64,000 nucleotides of DNA from Candidatus Humimicrobiia bacterium (GTDB taxonomy: Bacteria > Actinomycetota > Humimicrobiia > JAHJRV01), in contig JBARXA010000018.1 of NCBI GenBank assembly GCA_049647085.1, positions 25,677 to 89,676 of the forward strand. The letters run 5' to 3'. Both the position numbers and the translations under genes were made by a program. Below the pieces are notes generated by a model, which saw only the letters and a program-made list of their open reading frames with translations, made no database searches and had not been told where the DNA came from. Position 1 is the stretch's first letter. Every line of letters begins with the position of its first letter. This document shows, one piece after another, positions 1 to 9,321 of the stretch.

Positions 1-276
1 GGTTATAGAGATGGATATCCCAGACAATTATCCAATAAGGGAGTGGTTTTGGTTAAAGGGAAAAGGGTTCCGGTTGTTGGAAATGTCACAATGGATCAGA
101 TAATGATAGATGTTACTGATATAGATGAAGTTAAAATTGGAGATGAAGTGGTTATAATAGGAAATCAGGGAGAAGAAAAAATAGAAGTAGATGAGTTATC
201 AAGAGCTTTAAATACAATTGACTATGAAATTGTGTGTGGTATAAAAGACAGAATCCCTAAAATATATTTGGAGTAA
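1..276 (+). CDS. alr: alanine racemase, C-terminal fragment (5' end outside the window)
   Basis: The frame is open from nt 1. The translation GYRDGYPRQLSNKG...VPVVGNVTMDQIMIDVTD...DYEIVCGIKDRIPKIYLE matches the alanine racemase C-terminal beta-domain. Confidence 0.8.
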   Translation, partial: GYRDGYPRQLSNKGVVLVKGKRVPVVGNVTMDQIMIDVTDIDEVKIGDEVVIIGNQGEEKIEVDELSRALNTIDYEIVCGIKDRIPKIYLE

Positions 277-467
277 AAAATATTAATTTAGCCTTGCATT
301 TATTTTAAAATTACAATTCCTCACAGCTTTTAAGATTTTACAGCAATTCCTAGTTTTACAGAACAAAGAAATTTTGTTATCTTTTTTACATGATAAATTC
401 CTGGTATTATTATCTCATTAACTTCAAAAATAAATTTTCATCTAATAATTAGAAGGGAGAGAGGATT

Positions 468-1505
468 ATGAAATGTGCGATGTTATATGGTCCTGGTAGG
501 TTAAAAATTGAAGAGGTTGAGATCCCTGCTATAAAAAAGGGAGAGGTTTTAGTTGAAGTAAGAGCAGCCCTTACATGTGGAACAGATATAAAAACCTATA
601 TGAGGGGTCATCCGGTATTGATAAAGAAATATCCCTCACCTTTTGGTCACGAATTTTCAGGTGTAATCTCAAAAGTAGGAACTGATGTAAACAGATTTAA
701 ACCTGGAATGAGAGTAGTAGCTGCAAATTCTGCTCCATGTGGTCAATGTTATTTTTGCAAAAAAGGATATGTTAATTTATGTGAAGATTTGAGGTTATTA
801 AATGGAGCATATGCAAAATATATAGTTGTACCTGAAAGGATTGTTAATAGAAATCTTTTAGAAATTCCAGACTATATTTCCTTTGAAAATGCAGCATTAT
901 CTGAGCCACTTGCATGTTGTTTAAATGCTGTTGAACAAAGCGATATTTCATCTAATGATACAGTTGCAGTAATTGGATTAGGCCCTATTGGTCTATTTTT
1001 AACCCATCTATATCATTTAAGTGGAGCAAAAGTAATAGCATGCGGGAAGGGTAAGCAAAGACTCGAGCTTGCAAAGATTTTAGGAGCTGACTTTACTATT
1101 AACGCTGATGAAATTGAAGATGAGATAGGTGCTGTTAAAAGTTTATCAAATTATGGAAGAGGAGCTGATGTAGTTGTGGAAGCAGTTGGAAAACCTGATA
1201 TTTGGGAAATGTCTGTGAAAATGGCAAGAAGGGGAGGACTCGTAATTTTATTTGGAGGTTGTCCATCGGGAACTTCATTTTCTATAGACACATCTCTTAT
1301 TCATTATGAACAAATAACTATAAAAGGAATTTTTCATCATACTCCTCAACTTTTTAAAAGGGCTCTGGATTTAATAGTAAGCGGAAAGATAAATACAAAA
1401 GCTTTTATAAGTGGTAGGTTGCCACTTGAAAAGTTGAAGGAAGCATTTTCTCTGGTTAAACAGAAGAAAGGCGTAAAATATTTTATAGATCCCTTTTATA
1501 AATGA
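468..1505 (+). CDS. Zn-dependent medium-chain dehydrogenase/reductase (sorbitol/threonine dehydrogenase-like)
   Basis: The N-terminal GroES-like domain carries the Zn-ligand motifs (CGTD...GHEFSG...C-x2-C-x2-C-x7-C). A Rossmann GLGPIG motif follows. An RBS GGGAGAGAGG lies upstream. Confidence 0.8.
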   Translation: MKCAMLYGPGRLKIEEVEIPAIKKGEVLVEVRAALTCGTDIKTYMRGHPVLIKKYPSPFGHEFSGVISKVGTDVNRFKPGMRVVAANSAPCGQCYFCKKGYVNLCEDLRLLNGAYAKYIVVPERIVNRNLLEIPDYISFENAALSEPLACCLNAVEQSDISSNDTVAVIGLGPIGLFLTHLYHLSGAKVIACGKGKQRLELAKILGADFTINADEIEDEIGAVKSLSNYGRGADVVVEAVGKPDIWEMSVKMARRGGLVILFGGCPSGTSFSIDTSLIHYEQITIKGIFHHTPQLFKRALDLIVSGKINTKAFISGRLPLEKLKEAFSLVKQKKGVKYFIDPFYK

Positions 1506-1518
1506 TTTTTTAAATTTA

Positions 1519-3090
1519 ATGGATAGAAAAGATATTATTTTAAAGTTAAAAAAAAGAATACTAAAAGAACCCATGCTTAAGGAAATATTTAATAAAATAG
1601 TTTCTTATTTTCCTGATAGTTATTTAGTTGGTGGTTTTATAAGAGATATCGCCTTAGATATTGATTCAAGAAATTTAGACATAGTTGCTCAATTTTCCCC
1701 AGAGAAAATAGCCAAGTTTGTTTCAAGCATTAAGGGCGCTAAATTTTTCCCTCTAGACATTAAAAGAAAAATTTTTAGAATGATAATAAAAAATAATAGT
1801 GAGAAAAAAGATAATGGTAAAACAAAAAATGATAGTGATATAACAACAATTGATTTTTCATTCTACGATATTATCAAAATCAAGAATGAACTTACAGGTA
1901 GAGATTTCACTATAAACGCAATAGCAGTTCCCACAGTTATTTTTTCAGAAACTTATGAATTACCTACTAAAATTATTAAAAAGGATTATGAATTACCTTA
2001 TAAATTACCATTTAACCTTATGGACCCCTTCAATGGCTTAAAGGATTTGACAGAAGGAAGGCTTAGACTTGTAAGTGAAAAAGCATTACGAGATGATCCA
2101 GTTAGAATATTAAGAGCTTTTAGGTTTAAACTATCTCACAATCTATCAATTTCAGAAAAACTAAAGCAAAAAATTAAATCAGATTCAAATATGTTAAGGT
2201 CTGTTTCTGGTGAAAGAATAGCAGAAGAAGTTCTTAAGATATTTTCACATACCAATTTATCTTCTACCTTAAAAGAAATGCAGAAGTTAAATGTCTTAAA
2301 ACAGCTATTTCCATCAATTGAAGATAATGTTGGAATATCTCAGTTCGGATATCACTCTGAGGATGTTTTTGATCACTTATTAAAATGTGTTGATAAAATG
2401 GATAATATAGAGGAGTTTATAAAAATATATTTGACTGATTATAGTAAACAGATATTTTCTCATCTAAATAAACTAATACAGGGAGATTATAAAAAATTTA
2501 CTTTCCTAAAACTCGCAGCTTTTCTTCATGATATAGGTAAATCAGAAACTAAAGTCGTTGATAATAATGGCAGAATTAAATTTTATAACCATCAGAATGT
2601 TGGAGCAGAAAAAATAGAAAATATTTGTAAAAATCTTAGACTCAGTAATAAAGCTAAAAATTACTTAGTCAAAATGGTAGAGAAACATATGAGGATACCA
2701 AATCTATTGAGTTTAGAAAAAATTACAGATAGAGCAACATATAGATTAATCAGGGAAGCTGGTGATGAATTATTAGATTTAATTTTACTATGTTATGTGG
2801 ATAGAGTAGCTGATCCAGGACCATTAGTAGAAGTAGATTTTGAAAAGAAGATGATTAAATATTTTAATAAAATACTATATTTAAGAGCAAAGATTATAAA
2901 GCAGACTAAAAAGCCTTTAATTAGGGGAGATGAAATAATAGAAAAATTTAGGCTAACTCCTGAACCAAAAATTGGAGAAATTTTAAAATTAGTTGAAAAA
3001 GAAAGAGCTTTAGGTAATATATCAAATAAAAGACAAGCTTTAAGTATAATAAAGGAAGAAGTGAAATTAAATGAGAAAAAAAAGATTTAA
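1519..3090 (+). CDS. cca: CCA tRNA nucleotidyltransferase / poly(A) polymerase family protein with C-terminal HD(IG) domain
   Basis: The N-terminal polymerase head domain reads LVGGFIRD...D-x-D. A downstream HD domain reads LAAFLHDIGK. The head domain contains an internal K/N-rich insertion. Confidence 0.7.
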   Translation: MDRKDIILKLKKRILKEPMLKEIFNKIVSYFPDSYLVGGFIRDIALDIDSRNLDIVAQFSPEKIAKFVSSIKGAKFFPLDIKRKIFRMIIKNNSEKKDNGKTKNDSDITTIDFSFYDIIKIKNELTGRDFTINAIAVPTVIFSETYELPTKIIKKDYELPYKLPFNLMDPFNGLKDLTEGRLRLVSEKALRDDPVRILRAFRFKLSHNLSISEKLKQKIKSDSNMLRSVSGERIAEEVLKIFSHTNLSSTLKEMQKLNVLKQLFPSIEDNVGISQFGYHSEDVFDHLLKCVDKMDNIEEFIKIYLTDYSKQIFSHLNKLIQGDYKKFTFLKLAAFLHDIGKSETKVVDNNGRIKFYNHQNVGAEKIENICKNLRLSNKAKNYLVKMVEKHMRIPNLLSLEKITDRATYRLIREAGDELLDLILLCYVDRVADPGPLVEVDFEKKMIKYFNKILYLRAKIIKQTKKPLIRGDEIIEKFRLTPEPKIGEILKLVEKERALGNISNKRQALSIIKEEVKLNEKKKI

Positions 3091-3150
3091 GTAGGTTATT
3101 AATAAAAGCAACCCTTTGAGTCATTTAATAAAGGATTAAAATATAATAAG

Positions 3151-4059
3151 GTGAAAAAAATGCTTTATTTTTGTTATAGTGATAAATATATAGGAGAATT
3201 AGCTGGACATGTTTTTCCTATTGAAAAGTATAAGATGGTTTATGAAAGGTTAAAATCAGAGAAATTGATAACAGATAAGAATTTAATTGGACCGATAAAA
3301 CCTTTAAGAAAAGAATTATCGCTTGTTCATACTAATAATTATTTGGATGATCTCTTTAATTTAAGATTTACTCATAGAACTTACCCATCAGAACTTCCTT
3401 TAAATCAAAAAATTTTAGATTTTTTTCTAATAACAACAGGTGGAACAATAAGTGCTGCCAAAATGGCATGTAAACATAATGTAGCAATAAATTTAGCTGG
3501 TGGGTATCACCATGCTTTTCCAGATAGAGCAGAGGGTTTCTGTTACTTAAATGATGTAGCTATTTCAATTAGATTAGTTCAAAAAGAAAAGTTAGCAACC
3601 AAGGCTTTGATTATTGACCTTGATTTACACCAGGGAAATGGTAATGCATATATTTTTAGAGATGACCCAAATGTATTTACTTTCTCTATGCATCAGGAGA
3701 ATAATTATCCGATAAAACAGAGAGGAGATTTAGACATTGGATTAGATAATAGTACTACAGATATTCAATATCTTGAATATCTGCAAAAAATTTTACCAGG
3801 ACTTATTGAAAAGCAAAAACCAGAACTAATATTTTATTTGGCTGGAGCAGATCCTTATTATAATGATATACTGGGTGGACTTTCGCTAACAAAGGAAGGT
3901 TTAAAAAAAAGAGATGAGTTTGTTATAAATAAAGCTCAGGAAAAAAATATTCCAATTTGTATTGTTCTTGCGGGAGGTTATGCAGAAAATACGAATGATA
4001 TTGTGGATATTCACTGCAATACATGTTATATTGCAAAAAAATATAGTGAAAAATATTAA
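3151..4059 (+). CDS. histone deacetylase-family amidohydrolase (AcuC / acetylpolyamine amidohydrolase-like)
   Basis: HDAC-fold motifs are present: GGYHHAFPDRAEGFCYLNDVAI, DLDLHQGNG and YLAGADPY. Confidence 0.75.
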   Translation: MKKMLYFCYSDKYIGELAGHVFPIEKYKMVYERLKSEKLITDKNLIGPIKPLRKELSLVHTNNYLDDLFNLRFTHRTYPSELPLNQKILDFFLITTGGTISAAKMACKHNVAINLAGGYHHAFPDRAEGFCYLNDVAISIRLVQKEKLATKALIIDLDLHQGNGNAYIFRDDPNVFTFSMHQENNYPIKQRGDLDIGLDNSTTDIQYLEYLQKILPGLIEKQKPELIFYLAGADPYYNDILGGLSLTKEGLKKRDEFVINKAQEKNIPICIVLAGGYAENTNDIVDIHCNTCYIAKKYSEKY

Positions 4060-4075
4060 TAGAAAGGGTTTTGGT

Positions 4076-4387
4076 ATGAAAATTTTTAAAAGAATTTTAT
4101 CTAAAATTAAAGAAAAAGAAGAAGAGCAAAATGCCATGTTTCTATATGTTAAGTGCAATAGATGTGGTGAGAAAATTAAAGTTAGGATAGTAAAGAGTAC
4201 TGACCTTTTGTACAACTATAACCAACCCCAGGGAGATGTAGGTTATACTTTGAGAAAGGAAATATTAGGGAATAAATGTCCCAATTTGATTTATGCTTAT
4301 GCTGAATTTGATAAAAATAAGAAGATGTTAAGCCTGGATGTAAATGGTGGTATTTCCATAACACCAGAGGAACATGAAAAGGAATAA
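4076..4387 (+). CDS. small hypothetical protein (CxxC-containing)
   Basis: The listed ORF 3962-4387 overlaps the HDAC-like gene. An internal ATG at about 4076 with an upstream GAAAGGG gives a sensible 103-aa protein (MKIFKRILSKIKEKEE...CNRCGEK...KCPN). Confidence 0.4.
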   Translation: MKIFKRILSKIKEKEEEQNAMFLYVKCNRCGEKIKVRIVKSTDLLYNYNQPQGDVGYTLRKEILGNKCPNLIYAYAEFDKNKKMLSLDVNGGISITPEEHEKE

Positions 4388-4454
4388 AATTGAAAAAATA
4401 TCCAAATTCAGGATAGTTGTGATATATTAAAGGTTAGATTAAAGGAGTATTAAA

Positions 4455-5015
4455 GTGAATATAATATGGCGTGAAAGATATAAACCCTTATTGGAGAAAA
4501 TAGTTAATCGTAAAGATCAGGTTAATAAAATTTTAGATTTTTTAGAGAATGAAACTAATTGGCTTACAGCACCTGCCAGTACAAAGTACCATTTAGATAG
4601 GGATGGTGGATTAATTGATCACAGTGTTGGTGTTACACATACTCTATTAAAATTGAAAAATATTTTAGCACCTGAAATACCCGATGAGAGCTGTGTTGTT
4701 ATTGGACTATTTCATGATATTGGGAAAGTTGGGATGGCAGGAAAACCATACTATATAAAGTTGAAAATTCCCACAAAGGACAGAAAAAAATATATTATAA
4801 ATAAAGATTTAGCAGCTATGGGGATTGCTGCGAGAAGTCTTATGCTTATTTCTAAATTCATCAGTTTAAGTGATAATGAAGCACAGGCTATTGCATATCA
4901 TGATGGTCAATATATTCCCGAAGGAAAGATAGTAGCGCATAGAGAAAGTGCTCTAACACTACTTCTTCATTACGCAGATTATTGGACTTCACATATTTTA
5001 GAGAGAGGTGAATAA
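4455..5015 (+). CDS. HD/HDIG-domain metal-dependent phosphohydrolase
   Basis: Metal-ligand motifs are YHLDRDGG...H...LFHDIGKVG...AYHDGQY...D. An RBS AAGGAG lies upstream. Confidence 0.65.
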   Translation: MNIIWRERYKPLLEKIVNRKDQVNKILDFLENETNWLTAPASTKYHLDRDGGLIDHSVGVTHTLLKLKNILAPEIPDESCVVIGLFHDIGKVGMAGKPYYIKLKIPTKDRKKYIINKDLAAMGIAARSLMLISKFISLSDNEAQAIAYHDGQYIPEGKIVAHRESALTLLLHYADYWTSHILERGE

Positions 5016-5017
5016 TA

Positions 5018-5941
5018 TTGGAATATTTTGAAAATATAAACTGTTTATTTATATTTTTTCAACAATCAGAACAGGCTCCAGGAATTAATCTCTTTGGTTA
5101 TCTATCATATATTTTCTGGATTGTTATGATTTTGTTGTTAGTAATTCCCTATATCAAACAAAAAAAGTTAGCCATTGATCGCTTTCGTCAAATAAAAAAG
5201 ATAGAACGTATTAGAGGAACAAGAGTAATTACAATGATTCATCGTCAGGAAAGTCTTTTTGGATTACCATTTTTTAAATATATAGATATTCAAGATTCAG
5301 AACAGGTTTTAAGAGTGGTTAGAATGACTCCAAATAATATGCCTATTGATTTTATAATTCATACTCCAGGAGGATTGCAGTTGGCTTCTGAACAAATTGC
5401 TTTAGCCTTAGCTAATCATAAGGCGAAGGTTACTATATTTATACCTCATTATTCTATGTCCGGAGGAACTCTTCTGGCATTAGGTGCTGATGAGATTTGT
5501 ATGGATGAGAATGCTGTAATTGGTCCACTCGATCCACAAATTGGTCAATTTCCCATGGTTTATCCCGCAACTTCAATTTTGAAAGCTGTTAAAAAGAAAT
5601 CATTAGATAAGATTGATGATAGAACTTTGATTTTGGCGGATGTAGCAACTAAGGCTATAAAACAGATGAAGCAGAGGATAGTTGAAATCATTGGCAATAG
5701 GATGGATTCAAAAAAGGCAAATAAATTAGCCAGTGTGTTGACAGATGGACGATGGACTCATGATTATCCAATAACCTTTAAGGAAGCAGAAGAGTTAGGA
5801 TTTAATGTAAAGAGGGAAATTCCAAAAGAGATATATAAATTAATGGATTTATATCCTCAATCAGCAATTGGCAGACCATCTGTTCAATATATTCCTGTAC
5901 CATATCCCAAGGAAGGGGGACAAAGAAGAAGAAAAAGTTAA
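5018..5941 (+). CDS. membrane-anchored ClpP/S49-clan serine protease (SDH 'serine dehydrogenase proteinase' family)
   Basis: There is one N-terminal TM helix, then IIHTPGGLQLASEQIALALANHKAKVTIFIPHYSMSGGTLLALGADEICMDENAVIGPLDPQIG. The TTG start is 2 nt after the HD gene stop, which suggests an operon. Confidence 0.6.
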   Translation: MEYFENINCLFIFFQQSEQAPGINLFGYLSYIFWIVMILLLVIPYIKQKKLAIDRFRQIKKIERIRGTRVITMIHRQESLFGLPFFKYIDIQDSEQVLRVVRMTPNNMPIDFIIHTPGGLQLASEQIALALANHKAKVTIFIPHYSMSGGTLLALGADEICMDENAVIGPLDPQIGQFPMVYPATSILKAVKKKSLDKIDDRTLILADVATKAIKQMKQRIVEIIGNRMDSKKANKLASVLTDGRWTHDYPITFKEAEELGFNVKREIPKEIYKLMDLYPQSAIGRPSVQYIPVPYPKEGGQRRRKS

Positions 5942-6049
5942 AAATAAATTAAACACAGGTAAATCCAGAAATAGAACTTTTTTAGCAAAAAGTATGAATA
6001 AATAGTAAAATGTAAAAATAAATTTAATTTACTTAAAAATTATTATTTT

Positions 6050-6301
6050 TTGAAAGGAGAGAAAATGGCTGCTAATGCATATGTACTTATCAATGCAACT
6101 CCTCAGAAGATCGCTGATATATTAACAAATATAAAAAAATCCCCTGCAGTTAAGAGAGCTAATGCTGTAACTGGACCATATGATATTATTGCTTACATTG
6201 AAGCAGAGGATATAAATGAAATTGGAAAGACAGTTGTTTTTCAGATTCAGGGAGTTCAGGGAGTTACAAAAACTCTAACATGTATGGTCGTTGAAGTGTA
6301 A
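6050..6301 (+). CDS. stand-alone Lrp/AsnC-type RAM (ligand-binding) domain protein
   Basis: The 83-aa protein shows a beta-alpha-beta-beta-alpha-beta RAM pattern (YVLINATP...VTGPYDIIAYIEAEDINEIGK...VQGVTKTLTCMV). It has no HTH. Confidence 0.55.
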   Translation: MKGEKMAANAYVLINATPQKIADILTNIKKSPAVKRANAVTGPYDIIAYIEAEDINEIGKTVVFQIQGVQGVTKTLTCMVVEV

Positions 6302-6713
6302 AAAATTTTCCATTTTTTAACAAAAAGACAATAAGTTGGTATTCTGATTTGTTTCTTATATTTAAGAGATTAAAAAAATCTTGATATTTATTTATCTTGA
6401 TAATCTTTACCAACTGATTTCCCACGTTAAAATTTTGTTAATAGATTAAGCTTTTTTTTAATTTCTATGAATTAAATTAGTAATTTCAGCCTATATATTT
6501 TATTTCAATTTTAAGCTAAGCTATATTGAGTGTTTATTATTATTTGTACTATTAACAAGATAGGTTAACAGTTTGCTATTCAAAAAATTAATATAATGTA
6601 ATAAAAGTATTTGTCATTCCTTCGTTTCACTCAGGGACATAGTCTGAAGTGAATCTTATTAAATGTATTAAAATCTAATAGAATTTAAATATTTTAATTA
6701 AAATTACTTATGA

Positions 6714-6750
6714 GATTCTTCCCCCTCGTTACACTCAGGGTCAGAATAAC
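6714..6750 (+). repeat. dispersed ~35-nt motif, copy B, about 60 nt upstream of thiF/moeB-like start
   Basis: GATTCTTCCCCCTCGTTACACTCAGGGTCAGAATAAC. A divergent copy is at 6613-6655 and a reverse copy at 40041-40095. Confidence 0.55.
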
Positions 6751-6790
6751 AAAATAATATTAAGTTTTTAAAAATAATATTAAGTTTTTA
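6751..6790. repeat. perfect 2 x 20-bp tandem direct repeat immediately upstream of the thiF/moeB-like RBS
   Basis: The unit AAAATAATATTAAGTTTTTA occurs twice back-to-back. Confidence 0.7.
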
Positions 6791-6805
6791 AAAAGTGTAA
6801 GGAAA

Positions 6806-7546
6806 TTGATGAAATTAACAGAACAAGATTTACAAAGATATAGTAGACAAATTCTAATAGATGGATTTGGAAAAGAAGGTCAATTAAAACTAAAAAACTC
6901 TACTGTTGGTATGTTAGGATGTGGAGGCCTGGGAACAGCAACATCAATTTATTTAGCAGCAGCTGGCATAGGTAGATTAATATTAGCTGATAGTGATAAA
7001 CCTGATATAACTAATCTTAATAGACAGATAACTCATTATGAATATGATATTAAAAATAAAAGAAATAAAGCAGATTCTACAAAAGAAAAACTTTCAGAGT
7101 TTAACTCTGACATAAAAATAGAAACTTATACGAAAAATGTAAATGAAGAAAACATAGAAAAGGTTTTTGAAAAAGCAGATTTGGTTGTAGATTGTCTTGA
7201 TAATTTTGAGGATAGATATATGTTAAATTCATACTGTGTAAGAACTGACAAACCTTTAATACATGCTGCAGTTTATGGTTTTTATGGTCAACTAACAACT
7301 ATAGTTCCAGAAAAAACAGCATGTTTAAAATGCATTTTTCCTTCTCCCCCACCCCAAATCAAAATATTTCCCATAATTGGTGTCACCGCTGGACTATTTG
7401 GAATATTGGAAGCAAATGAAGTGATAAAGTATATAACTGGTGTTGGGAAATCTCTATTTAATAAGATGATGTTAATTGATCTTTCTGAAAATGAAGTGAA
7501 TATGATAAAGACAGAAAGAGATAAAAACTGTCCTGTCTGTTCATAG
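6806..7546 (+). CDS. ThiF/MoeB-family E1-like adenylyltransferase
   Basis: RYSRQILIDGFGKEGQLKLKNSTVGMLGCGGLGT, the nucleotide-binding Gly loop and RQ motif are present. The C-terminal Zn-knuckle has CLKC...CPVC. Confidence 0.8.
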   Translation: MMKLTEQDLQRYSRQILIDGFGKEGQLKLKNSTVGMLGCGGLGTATSIYLAAAGIGRLILADSDKPDITNLNRQITHYEYDIKNKRNKADSTKEKLSEFNSDIKIETYTKNVNEENIEKVFEKADLVVDCLDNFEDRYMLNSYCVRTDKPLIHAAVYGFYGQLTTIVPEKTACLKCIFPSPPPQIKIFPIIGVTAGLFGILEANEVIKYITGVGKSLFNKMMLIDLSENEVNMIKTERDKNCPVCS

Positions 7547-7750
7547 TAAAAATGAAAATTAGAAAATAAATTTAAATAGGATATTCATTAAAAATTTAAT
7601 AAAAATATCAAAAAATATACTGGAGTTATTAATATCTTAGTATAATTTTTTTTGAGTTAGAAGTTTAAAAAAATTAGTTAAATCTTTATAAAAATTAAGT
7701 ATAAACAGGAAAATACTGTTAGAGATATAAGAATTTAGAAATTAAATAAA

Positions 7751-9304
7751 ATGAAAAGAAAGTTTATGAAAAATAAGCCTATAAAGATATTATTTTTAGC
7801 AATATCAATAATAGTATTTTTAAATTTGGTTCAGACTTCTGGATTTAGCCAACAGGTGGTAGTAAAGTTTTATGTTTTTTCATCCCCAGAATGTGAATAC
7901 TGTGAAGAGTTTGAGAATGAATATTTACCAAAAATGTTTGAAAAATATGAGCAAAAAATAGAAGTAAAGATATTGGATGTTCTTAATCAAGAAGAGTATC
8001 TTCTATGGAACAGATTTAGTGAAAAACTTAATTATTCAAATCCACTTTTACCAACAGTTGTGATCGATGATGTTATGTTATCAGGATTAGATGAGATAGA
8101 AACTAGGCTTGAAGCAGAAATAGAGAGAATTCTAAAAGAAGGAGGGTGTGAATTTCCTGAAGTTGAAACCGAGGAAGAACTAACTAAAGTTACAGAAGAA
8201 ACTACTAAGGTTACTGAGGAGGCTAAGGAACTTTATATAGCGTATTTTTATCAGCCGGGATGCAAGAAATGTGGTAGTGTTTTTTATTTACTTAATCAAC
8301 TAAAAGACAGATATGCCAACCTGGTTGTCAAAGAGTATAATACCTTGGATAGTAAAAATATTAAGTTATTTGAATCGCTGTGTGAAAGAAATGGAGTGGA
8401 AAAAGAGAATTGGCTTAAAGCCCCAGCAATCTTTATAGGTGATGATTATTTAATAGAAGGAGAGATAAATTTAACTAATGTCGAAGAGTTGATTAAAAAA
8501 TATATAAAAATAGGCGCTGATTCACCTGAACATTTAGCTAAAAATTATTTAGAAAAAGCACCAAAAAATATAATTGAAAGATTTAAAGGGTATACTATTT
8601 TTCCACTTATATTGGCAGGAATTATTGACGGATTTAACCCTTGTGCATTTGCCACAATAATTTTTCTCATATCATATTTAACATATATTGGCAGGAGTAA
8701 AAGAGAAATAATTTTGATAGGTATATCATTTAGTTTAGCAGTTTTTCTTGCATATCTACTTCTTGGCGTTGGATTTTTAAGAATAATTACAAACTTAAAA
8801 GCATTTTCAGCGATTTCAAGAATCGTCTATATAATAACAGCTTTAATTGCACTAGTTTTAGGAGTCCTAAATTTTGTAGATTACTTTAGAGCGAAGAAAG
8901 GACAAATAAATAAAACAATCTTACAACTTCCCATGTTTTTAAAACGCGAAATACATAAGACTATTAGAAAAGGAAGTAAAGCGAGAGCATTCTTTATATC
9001 AGCTTTTTTAGTGGGGTTAGTAGTCTCTATATTGGAGTTTGCTTGCACTGGACAGGTTTATCTTCCAACAATTACTTATATACTTACAATTCCTAATTTA
9101 AAATTTAAGGGATATTTTTTTCTAATTCTATATAATTTAATGTTTATTCTACCTTTGATAATTATTTTTATTCTTTATTATATGGGAGCATCTTCTAAAA
9201 AGATTGAAAATTTCTTGAGAAGTAATGTAGCAAAAGTAAGGCTAATAACTGGATTATTTTTCCTCATTTTATCAGTATTTCTAATAATCAATATTATTTT
9301 ATAG
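7751..9304 (+). CDS. thioredoxin-like domains fused to a CcdA/DsbD-family membrane thiol:disulfide electron transporter
   Basis: A signal/TM helix is followed by two soluble CxxC modules (CEYC, CKKC) and a polytopic C-terminal domain. The TM helices carry the CcdA-type cysteines (DGFNPCAF and FACTGQVYLP). Confidence 0.6.
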   Translation: MKRKFMKNKPIKILFLAISIIVFLNLVQTSGFSQQVVVKFYVFSSPECEYCEEFENEYLPKMFEKYEQKIEVKILDVLNQEEYLLWNRFSEKLNYSNPLLPTVVIDDVMLSGLDEIETRLEAEIERILKEGGCEFPEVETEEELTKVTEETTKVTEEAKELYIAYFYQPGCKKCGSVFYLLNQLKDRYANLVVKEYNTLDSKNIKLFESLCERNGVEKENWLKAPAIFIGDDYLIEGEINLTNVEELIKKYIKIGADSPEHLAKNYLEKAPKNIIERFKGYTIFPLILAGIIDGFNPCAFATIIFLISYLTYIGRSKREIILIGISFSLAVFLAYLLLGVGFLRIITNLKAFSAISRIVYIITALIALVLGVLNFVDYFRAKKGQINKTILQLPMFLKREIHKTIRKGSKARAFFISAFLVGLVVSILEFACTGQVYLPTITYILTIPNLKFKGYFFLILYNLMFILPLIIIFILYYMGASSKKIENFLRSNVAKVRLITGLFFLILSVFLIINIIL

Positions 9305-9321
9305 CTAACTCAGTTTAATGA

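Noticed and set aside
3962-4075. The 5' extension of the 141-aa ORF, which would overlap the HDAC-like gene by about 100 nt.
   Set aside because: The overlap is implausible. The internal ATG at 4076, preceded by GAAAGGG, gives a compact protein starting MKIFKRIL.
6050-7546. The 83-aa protein as a ubiquitin-like sulfur carrier partnered with the E1-like ThiF/MoeB.
   Set aside because: It ends in VVEV rather than Gly-Gly. It has a RAM/ACT-like pattern, not a beta-grasp. A 500-bp spacer with repeats separates it from the E1 gene.
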